Source of the DNA: Longimicrobiales bacterium
GTDB taxonomy: Bacteria > Gemmatimonadota > Gemmatimonadetes > Longimicrobiales > Gaopeijiaceae
Length of the DNA stretch: 64,000 nucleotides
Assembly (NCBI GenBank): GCA_965249725.1
Contig: CBDFMQ010000001.1
Coordinates: forward strand, 320,001-384,000
Direction of reading: 5' to 3'
The notes below the pieces were generated by a model. The model did no database searches. It was not told the DNA's origin and worked only from the letters and a program-made list of their open reading frames with translations. Within the stretch, counting starts at the first letter, position 1. Each line of letters opens with the position of its first letter. Shown in pieces: positions 30,677 through 41,831 of this stretch. The position numbers and the translations under genes are program-made.

Positions 30677-30913
30677 ATGAAGGCTGAAGAGATGCGCGAG
30701 TGGGACAACACAGAGGTCCTCGCCCGGCTCGAGGAGTTGAAGGAGGAGCAATTCCGCCTCCGCTTCCGGACCGGCACCATGGATCTCGAGAATCCCAAGG
30801 TGCTACAGCACATCCGGCGCGACATTGCGCGCCTGAACACGATTCTCCGGGAGCGCGAGATGGCCGGCGCATCCGCAGAGTCAACTGGGCAATCCGAAGA
30901 GTCGACTGAGTAA
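30677..30913 (+). CDS. rpmC: 50S ribosomal protein L29
   Basis: [29 protein letters not shown]. Confidence 0.95.
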   Translation: MKAEEMREWDNTEVLARLEELKEEQFRLRFRTGTMDLENPKVLQHIRRDIARLNTILREREMAGASAESTGQSEESTE

Positions 30914-30915
30914 TC

Positions 30916-31251
30916 ATGACAGACAAAGCACCGGAACAGGCCGAGGCGGCCGAGACTGCACAGGCACCAGAGGTGCCTTTGGCACCCGAAGCCGGCGACG
31001 CGCGAAATCGACGGAAAGTCCGGACCGGCGTGGTGACCAGCGACAAGAGCGACAAGACCGTGACGGTACGAGTGGAGCGGCAGTTCGCCCACGCGTTGTA
31101 CGGCAAGCAGGTCAAGAAGACCAAGAAGTACCATGCCCACGACGAAGACAATCAGTACAAAGCAGGCGACGTGGTCAGGATCGTCGAGACCCGGCCTCTT
31201 TCGAAGACCAAGCGGTGGCGTGTTCTCGAACTGCTTGAACGCTCCGAATAA
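30916..31251 (+). CDS. rpsQ: 30S ribosomal protein S17
   Basis: [21 protein letters not shown]. Confidence 0.97.
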   Translation: MTDKAPEQAEAAETAQAPEVPLAPEAGDARNRRKVRTGVVTSDKSDKTVTVRVERQFAHALYGKQVKKTKKYHAHDEDNQYKAGDVVRIVETRPLSKTKRWRVLELLERSE

Positions 31252-31295
31252 GAACGCGCTTCTGACGCGATTTGAACGCGAATTAGGACACAGAG

Positions 31296-31664
31296 ATGAT
31301 TCAGCAGGAATCGATCCTCAAGATTGCCGACAACTCAGGGGCCAAGAGCGCCCTGTGTATTCGGGTCATGGGTGGATCACGGCGACGCTATGCGAGTGTC
31401 GGTGATGTCATCGTGGCGACCGTCAAGGACGCCATCCCCAATTCACCCGTGAAGAAGGGTGAGGTGGTGCAGGCGGTGGTCGTACGCACGGCCAAGGAAG
31501 TGCGCCGCCGAGATGGCACCTATATCCGCTTCGACGACAACGCGGCAGTACTCATCACGCCCCAGGGCGAACCCCGCGGCACCCGCATCTTCGGGCCCGT
31601 AGGAAGAGAACTCCGCGAAAAGCGCTATATGAGAATCGTTTCGCTGGCTCCGGAGGTGCTGTAA
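31296..31664 (+). CDS. rplN: 50S ribosomal protein L14
   Basis: [21 protein letters not shown]. Confidence 0.99.
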   Translation: MIQQESILKIADNSGAKSALCIRVMGGSRRRYASVGDVIVATVKDAIPNSPVKKGEVVQAVVVRTAKEVRRRDGTYIRFDDNAAVLITPQGEPRGTRIFGPVGRELREKRYMRIVSLAPEVL

Positions 31665-32002
31665 TGGCCACCAAAGCAACCCATCCTTCGATTGTGCGGG
31701 GTGACCGGGTCAAGGTGATCCGCGGCAACCATCGCGATATGGAAGGCACCGTCCTTCGTGTACTCAGGGACGACGGCCGGGTCGTGGTGGAGGGCGTTAA
31801 CATGCGTAAGCGGCATGAGCGCCCCACCGAGGCGAACCCGGAGGGCGGAATCATGACCTTCGAGGCCCCGATCCATCTATCCAACGTGATGTTGGTGGAT
31901 CAGGCTTCGGATCAGGCGAGCCGGGTCCGCAAGCGGATCGAGGCCGATGGAACCAAAGAGAGGATTGCCGTAAAGACCGGCAATCCGATCCCCAAGCCGT
32001 AG
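31664..32002 (+). CDS. rplX: 50S ribosomal protein L24
   Basis: GDRVKVIRG, VEGVN, EAPIHLSNV. Confidence 0.97.
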   Translation: MATKATHPSIVRGDRVKVIRGNHRDMEGTVLRVLRDDGRVVVEGVNMRKRHERPTEANPEGGIMTFEAPIHLSNVMLVDQASDQASRVRKRIEADGTKERIAVKTGNPIPKP

Positions 32003-32068
32003 CGGGAGCCGTCGACTCACATCGGACCGACGTACACTGCTGTGGTGAGACTGTGGGACTGAGAGAGA

Positions 32069-32644
32069 ATGGAACCGAGATTACTGAGGCACTATAGGGA
32101 GCAAGCCCGGCCGAAGCTGGCGGAGCAGTTCCAGTGGGGTAACCCTCACCGGATTCCCAAGATCGAGAAGGTCGTGTTGAACGTGGGTGTGGGCGAGGCG
32201 GCGAAGAATGCCAAGCTGCTCACGGCCGTCGTGGACGAGTTGGGCGTGATCACCGGTCAGAAGGCCGTGATCACTCGCGCCCGGCAGTCGATTTCGAACT
32301 TCTCGCTCCGCCAAGGCATGCCTATCGGAGCCGCGGTCACGCTCCGTCAGCACCGTATGTACGAGTTCTTGGATCGGTTGGTGAGTATCGCCATTCCGCG
32401 GGTGAGAGACTTCCGGGGTTTGCGTACGCGCGCCTTCGACGGTCGAGGCAACTTCACGATGGGCGTCCGGGAGCAGATCATCTTTCCGGAGATCGACTAC
32501 GACAAGGTCGGTCAGATTCACGGAATGAACATCACCGTCGTCACGACGACCAATAAGGACGACGAGGCACTTGCCTTGCTTCGCGAGATGGGCTTCCCGT
32601 TCCAAGGGACGGACCCCGTCATCATCGGGCAGAACGCCAACTAA
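32069..32644 (+). CDS. rplE: 50S ribosomal protein L5
   Basis: [15 protein letters not shown]. Confidence 0.98.
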   Translation: MEPRLLRHYREQARPKLAEQFQWGNPHRIPKIEKVVLNVGVGEAAKNAKLLTAVVDELGVITGQKAVITRARQSISNFSLRQGMPIGAAVTLRQHRMYEFLDRLVSIAIPRVRDFRGLRTRAFDGRGNFTMGVREQIIFPEIDYDKVGQIHGMNITVVTTTNKDDEALALLREMGFPFQGTDPVIIGQNAN

Positions 32645-32664
32645 CACGGACATAGGGGAATTCG

Positions 32665-32850
32665 ATGGCCAGGAAGGCGTTGATCGAGAGGAACAATAGG
32701 GAGCCCAAGTTTCCGGGGCGGCACCGGAATCGGTGTCAGCGCTGCGGGCGCCCACGTGCATTCATGCGGAAGTTCGGGATCTGTCGGATTTGCTTCCGGC
32801 AGATGTCCCTTCGGGGCGAGATCCCGGGCGTCCGGAAGTCAAGCTGGTAA
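32665..32850 (+). CDS. rpsN: 30S ribosomal protein S14 (Zn-binding, type Z)
   Basis: 61 aa, RCQRCGR..CRICFR. Confidence 0.97.
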   Translation: MARKALIERNNREPKFPGRHRNRCQRCGRPRAFMRKFGICRICFRQMSLRGEIPGVRKSSW

Positions 32851-32865
32851 AGGACTGAAACGGCT

Positions 32866-33258
32866 ATGATGACGGATCCCATTGCGGACATGCTCACGCG
32901 CATCCGGAACGCCGGTGGCGCCGGGCATAAGTGGGCGGACATGCCGGTCTCGAAGTTGAAGATCGAGGTGGCGCGCCTACTCAAGGAGAATCACTTCGTC
33001 TACGACTACAAGGTCCTGGACGATGGCAGTTTCGGAGTCCTGCGTGTGTACCTGAAGTACCACGAAGAGGGCCCGATCATTCGACACCTCGAGCGCGTAT
33101 CTCGCCCGGGTCGTCGTCGTTATGTGGCCAAGGACAAGATTCCTCGGGTCCGAAACGGGCTGGGGATGGCGATCCTGTCCACTTCGCAGGGACTGATGTC
33201 AGACCGGGTCGCTCGCAAAGCCGGCATGGGTGGCGAGCTCATGGCTCTGGTCTGGTAA
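32866..33258 (+). CDS. rpsH: 30S ribosomal protein S8
   Basis: DPIADMLTRIRN, SRPGRRRY. Confidence 0.98.
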   Translation: MMTDPIADMLTRIRNAGGAGHKWADMPVSKLKIEVARLLKENHFVYDYKVLDDGSFGVLRVYLKYHEEGPIIRHLERVSRPGRRRYVAKDKIPRVRNGLGMAILSTSQGLMSDRVARKAGMGGELMALVW

Positions 33259-33273
33259 AGGAATAGATCTGAT

Positions 33274-33816
33274 ATGTCTCGGATTGGTAAACAGCCCATC
33301 GAGGTGCCTAAGGGCGTCGACGTGACCGTGAGCGGGCAGAACGTGAAGGTGAAGGGTGAGAAGGGGCAGTTGACCTTCGATGCGCACGCCGACATGGCGG
33401 TCACCCTGGATGACGGGGTGGTGTCGGTGACGCGTCCTTCCGATCAGCCGGAGCACCGGGCACTGCATGGTCTGACGCGCACGCTCATCGCCAACATGGT
33501 CGAGGGCGTGGTCAACGGGTACGCGAAGACCCTGGAGATCCAGGGCGTCGGGTACAAAGCGGAGAAGAAGGGGCAGGGCCTGCTCCTTACCCTCGGCTTT
33601 TCTCACACGATCGACTATCCGGCACCGGCCGGCGTCGATCTCGATACGCCCAACCAGACCACGATCGTCATATCCGGCATCGACAAGCAGAAAGTCGGCC
33701 AGGCGGCCGCAGAGATTCGCGCCTTCCGTCCCCCGGAGCCGTACAAGGGGAAGGGCATTCGCTACCAGGGCGAGCACGTCCGCCGCAAGGCCGGTAAGAC
33801 GGCCGCCGCTACCTAA
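33274..33816 (+). CDS. rplF: 50S ribosomal protein L6
   Basis: [19 protein letters not shown]. Confidence 0.98.
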   Translation: MSRIGKQPIEVPKGVDVTVSGQNVKVKGEKGQLTFDAHADMAVTLDDGVVSVTRPSDQPEHRALHGLTRTLIANMVEGVVNGYAKTLEIQGVGYKAEKKGQGLLLTLGFSHTIDYPAPAGVDLDTPNQTTIVISGIDKQKVGQAAAEIRAFRPPEPYKGKGIRYQGEHVRRKAGKTAAAT

Positions 33817-33830
33817 GAACGAACGGGATC

Positions 33831-34211
33831 ATGAGTACTAAGATCAGCAAGAATAGACCGGCCCAGCGAGCCCGACGGCACGCCCGGATCCGGAAGAAAA
33901 TTTGGGGCACCGCCGATCGCCCGCGGCTGGTCGTGTTCCGTTCCCTGAAGAACTTCGAGGGGCAGGTGGTGGACGACGACGCTGGCAAGACGCTGGTCGG
34001 GCTCTCCACCCTTTGTGCCGACCTCGCCGACTTCAAGGCCGAGGGCTCGAACCCGCGGGTCGAGCGTGCTCGGGCTGCCGGGAAGCTCCTCGCGGAGCGT
34101 GCAGTGGCTCAGGGAGTCGAATCCGTCGTGTTCGATCGCGGCGGATATCAGTATCACGGCCGGGTCAAGGCATTTGCCGATGGCGCCCGGGAGGGAGGGC
34201 TTCAGTTCTGA
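33831..34211 (+). CDS. rplR: 50S ribosomal protein L18
   Basis: [21 protein letters not shown]. Confidence 0.97.
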   Translation: MSTKISKNRPAQRARRHARIRKKIWGTADRPRLVVFRSLKNFEGQVVDDDAGKTLVGLSTLCADLADFKAEGSNPRVERARAAGKLLAERAVAQGVESVVFDRGGYQYHGRVKAFADGAREGGLQF

Positions 34212-34741
34212 TGGCCAGGGATCAAAAACGCAGAGAGAGCCGCGGGCGCGAGTCCGAGTTCACCGAGAACGTGATCCACATCAACCGTGTGGCCAAGGTG
34301 GTGAAGGGTGGCCGCCGGTTCTCCTTCACCGCGCTGGTGTCCGTTGGCGATCAGAAGGGTCGCGTAGGCATCGGGCTGGCCAAGGCGAACGAGGTGGCCG
34401 AGGCCATCCGCAAGGCCTTCGAGCGCGGTAAGAAGGACATGATCGAGATTCCGGTGCAGAACGGCACGATCCCTCACGAGATCGTCGGTCGTTGGGGTGC
34501 GGGGCGCGTCATGATGCGCCCCGCGGCGCCCGGAACCGGCGTGATCGCGGGTGGTCCGGTGCGCTCCGTCCTCGAGGCCGTGGGCATCAAGGACATCCTC
34601 ACGAAGAGTCTGGGAAGCAACAACCCGATCAACGTGGTGCGAGCCACCATGCAGGGACTCACGAGCCTCGTGACGCCCGAACAGGCGGCAAGGGAGCGAG
34701 GCGTTCCCGTGGAGGTCATCCTGGGAGGCGATCGTGGCTAA
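34211..34741 (+). CDS. rpsE: 30S ribosomal protein S5
   Basis: [25 protein letters not shown]. Confidence 0.98.
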   Translation: MARDQKRRESRGRESEFTENVIHINRVAKVVKGGRRFSFTALVSVGDQKGRVGIGLAKANEVAEAIRKAFERGKKDMIEIPVQNGTIPHEIVGRWGAGRVMMRPAAPGTGVIAGGPVRSVLEAVGIKDILTKSLGSNNPINVVRATMQGLTSLVTPEQAARERGVPVEVILGGDRG

Positions 34742-34916
34742 CAAGCTGTCCATTACCCAGGTCCGGAGTGGTGTCGGTCGCAAGTTCAAACACCAGCGCA
34801 CCCTGACGGCCCTGGGATTCAAGAAGCACCAGCAGACGGTGGTGCATGACGACACGCCTGCGATCCGCGGGATGGTGAAGCAGGTTTGGCACCTGGTAAA
34901 GGTGGAAGAGATCTAA
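34734..34916 (+). CDS. rpmD: 50S ribosomal protein L30
   Basis: [20 protein letters not shown]. Confidence 0.95.
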   Translation: MANKLSITQVRSGVGRKFKHQRTLTALGFKKHQQTVVHDDTPAIRGMVKQVWHLVKVEEI

Positions 34917-34918
34917 GC

Positions 34919-35647
34919 ATGTCAGAGCTACACGAACTACGTCCCGCTCCCGGCTCGACGAGCCGGTCAAAGCGGAAAGGGCGAGGTCAGGGTTCCGGGA
35001 AAGGCAAGACTGCCGGACGCGGACAGGATGGCCAGAAGTCCCGCAGTGGTGGCTCCGTTCGCCCCGGATTCGAGGGTGGGCAGATGCCCTTGCAGCGGCG
35101 CATCCCCAAGCGGGGGTTCACGCAGCGCAACCGCACGGTGTACCAGATCGTGAACGTGGGAGACCTCGCTCGCATAGAGGGAACTACGGTCACCGCCGAG
35201 CTGTTGAAGGAAGCGGGCTTGATCCGATCTTCGAAGGGGCTGGTGAAGGTCCTCGCCATGGGCGAGGTCAGCCAGGCCTATTCCGTAGAGGCTCACAAGT
35301 TCAGTGGTGGAGCCGTCGCCAAGATCGAAGCGGCCGGCGGATCGACCACGGTCTTGAAGAGCGGCGGAAGCGATTCGACGGCGAAGGGCTCGAAGCTGCA
35401 GAAGAAGCGGGGGCCGAAGGCCTCCGCTGGCGCATCGGATGCTCCGGCGGCCGCAGAGGCGCCGGGGGCGGCTGAAGAGGCGCCCGTCGAGGAAGTGGCA
35501 GCCGAGGCCGAGACCGGCACGGAGGCTGAGGACGCCGCCGACGCGCCCGTCGAGGACGTGGTAGCCGACGTTGAGGCTCCGGCGGCGGAAGCCGCCGTTG
35601 GTGACGACGTTGAAGCTCCAGTGGGCGAAGCGGAGACCGATGGCTAA
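34919..35647 (+). CDS. rplO: 50S ribosomal protein L15 with an acidic C-terminal extension
   Basis: [26 protein letters not shown]. Confidence 0.96.
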   Translation: MSELHELRPAPGSTSRSKRKGRGQGSGKGKTAGRGQDGQKSRSGGSVRPGFEGGQMPLQRRIPKRGFTQRNRTVYQIVNVGDLARIEGTTVTAELLKEAGLIRSSKGLVKVLAMGEVSQAYSVEAHKFSGGAVAKIEAAGGSTTVLKSGGSDSTAKGSKLQKKRGPKASAGASDAPAAAEAPGAAEEAPVEEVAAEAETGTEAEDAADAPVEDVVADVEAPAAEAAVGDDVEAPVGEAETDG

Positions 35648-36953
35648 CCCGATTCCAAATCTCTTCCGGGTTCCGGAGCTCAAAGAGAAGATCCTCTTTA
35701 CGCTCTTCATCATGTTCATCTACCGGGTCGGTGCGCACATCACCGTGCCCGGAGTGGACGTGGGAATCCTCCGTCAGCAGTTCGGAGCCCTTCAGGGTGG
35801 AATCCTCGGCATCTACGACATGTTCGTGGGTGGCGGCCTCAGCCGCGCCACGATCTTGGCGTTGGGCATCATGCCCTATATCTCGGCCAGCATCATGTTC
35901 CAGCTGTTGGCGGCAGTCTTCCCCACCATCGAGAAGATGCAGAAGGAGGGCGAGGACGGACGCCAGAAGCTGACGCAGTGGACCCGTTACACCACGGTCC
36001 TCCTCAGCGCGGTCCAGGGATTCAGCTACGCCGCATTCCTGAACAGTACGGGCGCGGTCCGGAACCCCGGGTTCGTCTTCAATCTGACCACTACGGTCAC
36101 GCTGACGGTCGGAGCCATCTTCGTGATGTGGCTCGGTGAGCAGATCACGGAGCGCGGGATCGGGAACGGAATGTCGCTCCTGATCTTCTTCTCTATCATC
36201 GAGGGTTTCCCGGCGGCTGTGGCCCGGACGTGGGAGTCGTTCGTCGCCGGGCAGATCCAGATCTTCGCGGTCGTCATGCTCGTCGTCGTGCTGATCGCGA
36301 TTACGGCAGCCGTGGTGGCGATGACGATGGGAGCGAGGAAGATACCCGTTCAGATTCCGAGGAAGGTGGTGGGGCGCGGACGTATTCGAGAGGGGCAGAA
36401 GAGTTTTGTCCCCCTGCGGGTGAATTCCGCCGGAGTCATGCCGATCATCTTCGCCCAGTCTTTCATCGTCGTGCCGGGTACGATCGCCCAGTTCGCCGGT
36501 CGGACGGGCGGGTTCCTCGATACCATCGCGGACATCTTCCAGCCCGGAACGGTCTACTACATTACCTACGGTCTCCTGATCGTCTTCTTCACGTACTTCT
36601 ATACGGCCATCATCTTCAACCCAGTCGACCTGGCCGAGAACCTGAAGAAGCAGGGCGCGTTCGTACCCGGCGTGAAGCCCGGAGCGCGGACCGCCGAGTA
36701 CATCGATCGGGTGCTGACCAGGGTGACGCTGCCGGGGTCCATCTACTTGGCGCTGATCGCGCTGGTACCGTTCTGGATCTTCAGCATCTTCAACATCCAG
36801 ACGTTCTTCTTCGGCGGTACCGGCCTGCTGATCGTCGTGGGTGTGGGCCTCGACACCGTGCAGCAGGCGCAGCAGCACCTGCTCCTCCGTCACTATGACG
36901 GCTTCATGAAGAAGGGTCGCGTGAAGATGCGCGGCCGTTCGCGATACATGTAG
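35640..36953 (+). CDS. secY: Preprotein translocase SecY
   Basis: [36 protein letters not shown]. Confidence 0.98.
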   Translation: MANPIPNLFRVPELKEKILFTLFIMFIYRVGAHITVPGVDVGILRQQFGALQGGILGIYDMFVGGGLSRATILALGIMPYISASIMFQLLAAVFPTIEKMQKEGEDGRQKLTQWTRYTTVLLSAVQGFSYAAFLNSTGAVRNPGFVFNLTTTVTLTVGAIFVMWLGEQITERGIGNGMSLLIFFSIIEGFPAAVARTWESFVAGQIQIFAVVMLVVVLIAITAAVVAMTMGARKIPVQIPRKVVGRGRIREGQKSFVPLRVNSAGVMPIIFAQSFIVVPGTIAQFAGRTGGFLDTIADIFQPGTVYYITYGLLIVFFTYFYTAIIFNPVDLAENLKKQGAFVPGVKPGARTAEYIDRVLTRVTLPGSIYLALIALVPFWIFSIFNIQTFFFGGTGLLIVVGVGLDTVQQAQQHLLLRHYDGFMKKGRVKMRGRSRYM

Positions 36954-36973
36954 TCCACCGAGCAAGCTGACAT

Positions 36974-37621
36974 ATGTACGTCATTCTTTTGGGACCCCCG
37001 GGGGTTGGAAAAGGTACCCAGGGGGTCCTTCTTGCCGAAGGTAGGGGCTGGGAGCGGGTGGTCACCGGTGACCTGCTCCGCCAGGCCCGTGCCGAGGGCA
37101 CCGATCTCGGCCGTGAAGCTCAACGCTTCATGGATGCGGGCGAGCTGGTTCCGGACAACGTCGTCATCAGCATGGTGCGAGAGAAGCTGACGGCCATGCC
37201 CGCGGGCATGGGGGTCGTATTCGACGGCTTTCCGCGGACCACCGCTCAGGCGTCCGGTCTCAGCATGATGCTCGGCGAGTTGGGAGCGACGATCGATCAG
37301 GTCGTCGTGCTCGAGGCGGAGGACGAGGCACTCGTCCAGAGAATCTCCGGCCGACGTTCGTGCCCCAAGTGCGGCGCGGTCTACAACGTATTCTTGGCTC
37401 CGCCCGCCGAAGACGGCGTGTGCGACAACGAAGGTGCCGTTTTACAGCATCGCACCGACGATATTCCCGAGACGGTCCAGCATCGTCTCGACGTATACCG
37501 CAAACAGACCGCTCCGGTGATCGACTACTACGAGGCCAGTGCCTCGCGGGTGCACCACGTCGATGGTGAGCAGATCGTCGAGGCCGTCCAGGCGGCCGTT
37601 GTCACTGCTTTGGGCGTCTGA
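36974..37621 (+). CDS. adk: Adenylate kinase (Zn-lid type)
   Basis: GPPGVGKGTQ, DGFPRT, CPKCG lid. Confidence 0.97.
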   Translation: MYVILLGPPGVGKGTQGVLLAEGRGWERVVTGDLLRQARAEGTDLGREAQRFMDAGELVPDNVVISMVREKLTAMPAGMGVVFDGFPRTTAQASGLSMMLGELGATIDQVVVLEAEDEALVQRISGRRSCPKCGAVYNVFLAPPAEDGVCDNEGAVLQHRTDDIPETVQHRLDVYRKQTAPVIDYYEASASRVHHVDGEQIVEAVQAAVVTALGV

Positions 37622-38391
37622 TGGTCCACCTGAAGACCCCCGAAGAGATCGACATGATCGCCCGCGGTGGGGCCATCATCTCCGACTTCCTGTCCGAGGT
37701 GCCCTCTCGCATCGATCCCGGCGTTTCGACGCTGCAGATCGATACGTTCGCCGATGAGTTCATCCGCTCTCACGACGGAGCCGTGCCGGCCTTCAAGGGA
37801 CTCTACGGATTCGCGGGCAGCGTGTGCGTCTCGTTGAACGAGGAGGTGGTTCACGGGATTCCGAAGGCGGACCGGATCCTGGCCGATGGCGACATCGTCT
37901 CGATCGACGTAGGGGTCAAGCTCGACGGTTGGTGCTCCGACTCGGCGTGGACCTTCCCGGTCGGCGAGGTGGACGAACAGAGCCGCCACCTGCTCAGCGT
38001 GACGGAACAGTCGCTCCTCGCCGCCATCACGGCAGCGAAGAGAGACGACCACGTGGGGGATATCGGCGCGGCCGTCATGGCCTGCGTCGAGGGAACGGGG
38101 ATGTACATCATCAGAGACCTCGTGGGTCACGGCGTAGGCCGGGAAGTGCACGAGGAACCTCAGGTTTCAAACCTGGGACGCCCGGGGATGGGCCCCCTGT
38201 TGCGGGAGGGGATGGTCATCGCCATCGAACCCATGCTCGCCCTGGGGACGGACAACATCAGGACGCTGGACGATCGCTGGACCGTGGTGACCCAAGACGG
38301 TACGCGGTCCGCACATTTCGAGCATACGATTGCCGTCACGGCTGACGGGCCCCGCATCCTGACCGGGGCGCCCGTTGAGACGTCGGTCTGA
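37621..38391 (+). CDS. map: Methionine aminopeptidase type I
   Basis: VVHGIP, GHGVG..HEEP, AIEPM, SAHFEHT. Confidence 0.97.
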   Translation: MVHLKTPEEIDMIARGGAIISDFLSEVPSRIDPGVSTLQIDTFADEFIRSHDGAVPAFKGLYGFAGSVCVSLNEEVVHGIPKADRILADGDIVSIDVGVKLDGWCSDSAWTFPVGEVDEQSRHLLSVTEQSLLAAITAAKRDDHVGDIGAAVMACVEGTGMYIIRDLVGHGVGREVHEEPQVSNLGRPGMGPLLREGMVIAIEPMLALGTDNIRTLDDRWTVVTQDGTRSAHFEHTIAVTADGPRILTGAPVETSV

Positions 38392-38416
38392 ATACAACGA
38401 AGACCCCCGGAATGCC

Positions 38417-38445
38417 TTGAAGGGCAGGGGACCTTCCATTATCAT
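38417..38445 (+). promoter_or_regulatory. Putative sigma70 promoter for the rpmJ/alpha operon
   Basis: TTGAAG-17nt-TATCAT. Confidence 0.6.
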
Positions 38446-38483
38446 TACGAGCTCTGCTAGAAACGCAGGTAAAGGCGCGAAAA

Positions 38484-38600
38484 ATGAAGGTTCGTAGCAG
38501 CGTAAAACCGATTTGTGAGCACTGCAAAGTGATCCGTCGCCGAGGTGTGGTGAGGATCATTTGTTCGCGCAATCCGAAGCACAAACAGCGCCAAGGCTAA
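38484..38600 (+). CDS. rpmJ: 50S ribosomal protein L36
   Basis: Translated by hand: [38 protein letters not shown]. Confidence 0.97.
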   Translation: MKVRSSVKPICEHCKVIRRRGVVRIICSRNPKHKQRQG

Positions 38601-38663
38601 ACGCTGTTTCGCCGACGCAAGTCGGCGCCGAAGTGCAATCGCTAACCAAGTTGAAGAGACGGT

Positions 38664-39044
38664 ATGGCACGCATCGCAGGTGTTGATCTTCCGAAGAGCA
38701 AGAGGGTAGAGGTCGCGCTGACCTATATCTACGGTATCGGCGATTCCCGAGCGCACGAGATTCTCGATGCGACGGGTGTAGATCCGGACCGCCGCACCGT
38801 CGATCTCACCGACGATGACGTGAACAAACTCCGTCGCGAGATCGAGGGCAGCTACAAGGTCGAGGGTGCTCTGCGGACCGAGACCTCCATGAACATCAAG
38901 CGTCTCATGGACATCGGGTGCTACCGGGGGGTCAGGCACCGCAAGGGGCTGCCAGTGCGCGGCCAGCGCACCCACACCAACGCCCGGACCCACAAGGGTT
39001 CGAGGCGGTCCATCGCAGGGAAGAAGCAGGCGCCGAAGAAGTAG
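38664..39044 (+). CDS. rpsM: 30S ribosomal protein S13
   Basis: [25 protein letters not shown]. Confidence 0.98.
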   Translation: MARIAGVDLPKSKRVEVALTYIYGIGDSRAHEILDATGVDPDRRTVDLTDDDVNKLRREIEGSYKVEGALRTETSMNIKRLMDIGCYRGVRHRKGLPVRGQRTHTNARTHKGSRRSIAGKKQAPKK

Positions 39045-39111
39045 TCGACCCCGTCGACCGATGGTCGCCCCCGTCGACCGATGGTCGACTCCGTCGACTG
39101 ATAGTCGATCC
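39044..39111. repeat. 20-nt tandem repeat, about 3.4 copies
   Basis: GTCGACCCCGTCGACCGATG / GTCGCCCCCGTCGACCGATG / GTCGACTCCGTCGACTGATA / GTCGATCC. Confidence 0.9.
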
Positions 39112-39143
39112 AAGACACCGTAAAGACACTAGGACGGTAGCGA

Positions 39144-39704
39144 GTGACCGAAGAAGAGAAAGACGTAACACCGGCAGAGACTGAAGCGGCCTCAGAAGAG
39201 GCCGCCGCAGCGCCCGCAGATGCCGCCGCAGCGCCCGCAGATGCCGCCGCAGCGCCCGCGGAAACGGCAGCGGCCCCAACTGCGTCGTCGTCGGCCCCGG
39301 CCGACGCAGGTTCGGCGACGGAGGCCGCGTCGGGGCGTAGGCGCAGCAAGAAGGTCGTAGAGGCGGAAGGGGTCGCGCACATCCAGGCGACCTTCAACAA
39401 CACGCTGATCACGATCACCGACAACGCGGGCAACACCGTGGTGTGGGGCAGTGCCGGTAAGGCCGGCTTCAAGGGCTCCAAGAAGTCGACACCCTTCGCC
39501 GCCACCGTGGCCGCCGAGCAGTGCGGACGCGAGGCCGTGGCGATGGGGGTAAAGCGCGTGAACGTCCGAGTGCAGGGGCCGGGTTCCGGGCGCGAGTCCG
39601 CGATTCAGGCTCTCTCAGCTGCGGGACTACACGTAAAGAGCATTCAGGATGTCACCCCGCTTCCTCACAATGGCTGCCGCCCGCCCAAGAAACGCCGGGT
39701 CTAG
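39144..39704 (+). CDS. rpsK: 30S ribosomal protein S11 with an Ala-rich N-terminal extension
   Basis: [26 protein letters not shown]. Confidence 0.96.
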   Translation: MTEEEKDVTPAETEAASEEAAAAPADAAAAPADAAAAPAETAAAPTASSSAPADAGSATEAASGRRRSKKVVEAEGVAHIQATFNNTLITITDNAGNTVVWGSAGKAGFKGSKKSTPFAATVAAEQCGREAVAMGVKRVNVRVQGPGSGRESAIQALSAAGLHVKSIQDVTPLPHNGCRPPKKRRV

Positions 39705-39716
39705 AAGAGAAACAGA

Positions 39717-40352
39717 ATGGCACGATACACAGGTCCAGTATGCAGGCTCTGTCGCCGAGAGGGGCAGAAGCTCTTTCTGAAGGGTCAGAAGTGCTACACG
39801 GAGAAGTGCGCCGTCGAGCGGCGCTCGTATCCTCCCGGTCAGCACGGCACGGCTCACGCTCGTCGGCGCAAGCAGTCCGACTACGCCGTCCAGCTCCGTG
39901 AGAAGCAGAAGGTCAAGAGAATCTACGGGCTCCACGAGCGTCAGTTCCGGAGTCTATTCGAGCGTGCAAACGATCACGATGGCATCACGGGTGAGAACAT
40001 GCTCATCTCTCTGGAGTCCCGGCTGGACAACGTGATCTTCCGGATGGGTTTCGCACCCAGCCGAGGCGCTGCCCGGCAGATCGTCCGACACCGCCATGTG
40101 GAGGTGAACGGGCGTCCGGTGGACGTTCCGTCCTACCAGGTCGGCCCGGGGGACGAGGTCGCGATCCGACCCAAGTCGAAGGACATGGCGTCGGTGGAGG
40201 TGAGCCTCGAAGCCAGGACCCGACCCGCACTCGTAGAGTGGCTCGTCCTCGACGAGAAGAATCGAGTCGGCCGCATGACCCGTCGTCCCACGAGACAGGA
40301 CATTCCGCTGGCCGTCCAAGAACAGCTCATCGTGGAGCTCTACTCGAAGTAA
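39717..40352 (+). CDS. rpsD: 30S ribosomal protein S4
   Basis: MARYTGPVCRLCRRE, LESRLDN, IVELYSK. Confidence 0.98.
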   Translation: MARYTGPVCRLCRREGQKLFLKGQKCYTEKCAVERRSYPPGQHGTAHARRRKQSDYAVQLREKQKVKRIYGLHERQFRSLFERANDHDGITGENMLISLESRLDNVIFRMGFAPSRGAARQIVRHRHVEVNGRPVDVPSYQVGPGDEVAIRPKSKDMASVEVSLEARTRPALVEWLVLDEKNRVGRMTRRPTRQDIPLAVQEQLIVELYSK

Positions 40353-41413
40353 TGGAGGCTTCCGTGCAGATAGATCTTACCGGATTGGTACTACCCGAGC
40401 GGATCGAGGTCGCCGGGACCTCGGAGGATGGGCGCTCGGCCGAGTTCGTTATCGAGCCTCTCGAGCGTGGCTTCGGCCACACTCTGGGCAACTCGGTGCG
40501 CCGGGTACTCCTGTCGTCGCTCCGCGGGGCGGCCGTCTGGGCGTTCCGGATCGACGGTGTGGTACACGAGCACCAGACCGTCCAGGGAGTGGTCGAGGAT
40601 GTCCACCAGGTCATCCAGAACCTCAAGTCTCTGGTCGTGACGCTGGACGACGACATCGACGAGGCGACCCTCGAGATTCGCGTAAGCGAAACGGGTCCCG
40701 TCACGGCGGCCGACATTACGCCGTCCGGTGGAGTCACCGTCCACGATCCGGACCATCACCTGATGACGGTCCAGGACAAGCGCAAGCTCAACATCGAGCT
40801 GCACATCAACAAGGGTCGTGGTTTCGTTTTGGCGAACCAGCACGAGCTTCCCAGAGGGGCTCCGGTCGACATGGTCCGCATCGACTCGATCTACAACCCG
40901 GTGCGACGCGCCAACTTCTCCGTCGAGGAGACCCGGGTCGGGCAGCGCACCGACTTCGATCGACTGACCCTGTTCATCGAGACCGACGGATCGGTCGATC
41001 CCGAGTCCGCCGTCCGCTACGCATCCGAGCTGGTTCGGAAGCACCTCGAGTTCATGCTCTACTTCGGTGAGGGCGGGGTTCCTCAGATCACGCCTCCGGG
41101 TGCGGTCGAGGTTCCGGATCGCCTACGCGACCTGTTCGACCGGCCCATCGAGGATCTGGCCGAGCTGAGCGTGCGGTCCCGTAACTCCTTGCAGAAGGAG
41201 AACATCTGGACTCTCGGCGACCTCGTTCAGCGTTCCGAAGACGAGATGCTGGGCATCGAGAACTTCGGCAAGAAGTCGCTCAAGGAGATCTCGGATTTCC
41301 TGGATGAGCACGGCCTCCACTTCGGAATGAGCCTCAGGCAGGGAGACGACGGTCAGCTCTTCCTCGTGGACGAGGATCCGGTGGAGCCGGCCGCCGAGGC
41401 CAGCGAGGAATAG
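40352..41413 (+). CDS. rpoA: RNA polymerase alpha subunit
   Basis: PLERGFGHTLGN..RR.LLSS, LSVRS.N.L, NFGKKSL; start 40352 or GTG 40364. Confidence 0.97.
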   Translation: MEASVQIDLTGLVLPERIEVAGTSEDGRSAEFVIEPLERGFGHTLGNSVRRVLLSSLRGAAVWAFRIDGVVHEHQTVQGVVEDVHQVIQNLKSLVVTLDDDIDEATLEIRVSETGPVTAADITPSGGVTVHDPDHHLMTVQDKRKLNIELHINKGRGFVLANQHELPRGAPVDMVRIDSIYNPVRRANFSVEETRVGQRTDFDRLTLFIETDGSVDPESAVRYASELVRKHLEFMLYFGEGGVPQITPPGAVEVPDRLRDLFDRPIEDLAELSVRSRNSLQKENIWTLGDLVQRSEDEMLGIENFGKKSLKEISDFLDEHGLHFGMSLRQGDDGQLFLVDEDPVEPAAEASEE

Positions 41414-41422
41414 GGTAGAGAC

Positions 41423-41776
41423 ATGAGGCATAGAAAGAAGGGCCGGGCCCTATCCCGGACTGCCAGCCACAAGAAGGCGACGCTGCGCAACATGGCGACG
41501 TCACTCTTCGAGCATGAGCGGATCGAGACGACGACGGCCAAGGCCAAAGAGCTTCGCCCGTTCGCTGAAAAGCTCATCACGCTGGGCAAGCGGGGTGACC
41601 TGCACGCTCGCCGACTGGCCCGTCGCCAGATCGCGGACCGTGATGTTCTGGGTAAGCTCTTCGACGACATCGCCCCACGCTTTACCGAGCGGCCGGGGGG
41701 ATACACCCGCATCCTCAAGTTGGGGAATCGTCGCGGAGACGCAGCCGAGATGGCGCTGATCGAGTTGGTCGATTAG
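41423..41776 (+). CDS. rplQ: 50S ribosomal protein L17
   Basis: [23 protein letters not shown]. Confidence 0.98.
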   Translation: MRHRKKGRALSRTASHKKATLRNMATSLFEHERIETTTAKAKELRPFAEKLITLGKRGDLHARRLARRQIADRDVLGKLFDDIAPRFTERPGGYTRILKLGNRRGDAAEMALIELVD

Positions 41777-41831
41777 ACTGGCGGGATCTCGAATCTCTCG
41801 TATTGAACACGAGCGGGGAGTACAGCATACA

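Noticed and set aside
39044..39111. CRISPR array
   Set aside because: The units are directly adjacent with no unique spacers, and there are no cas genes in the window.
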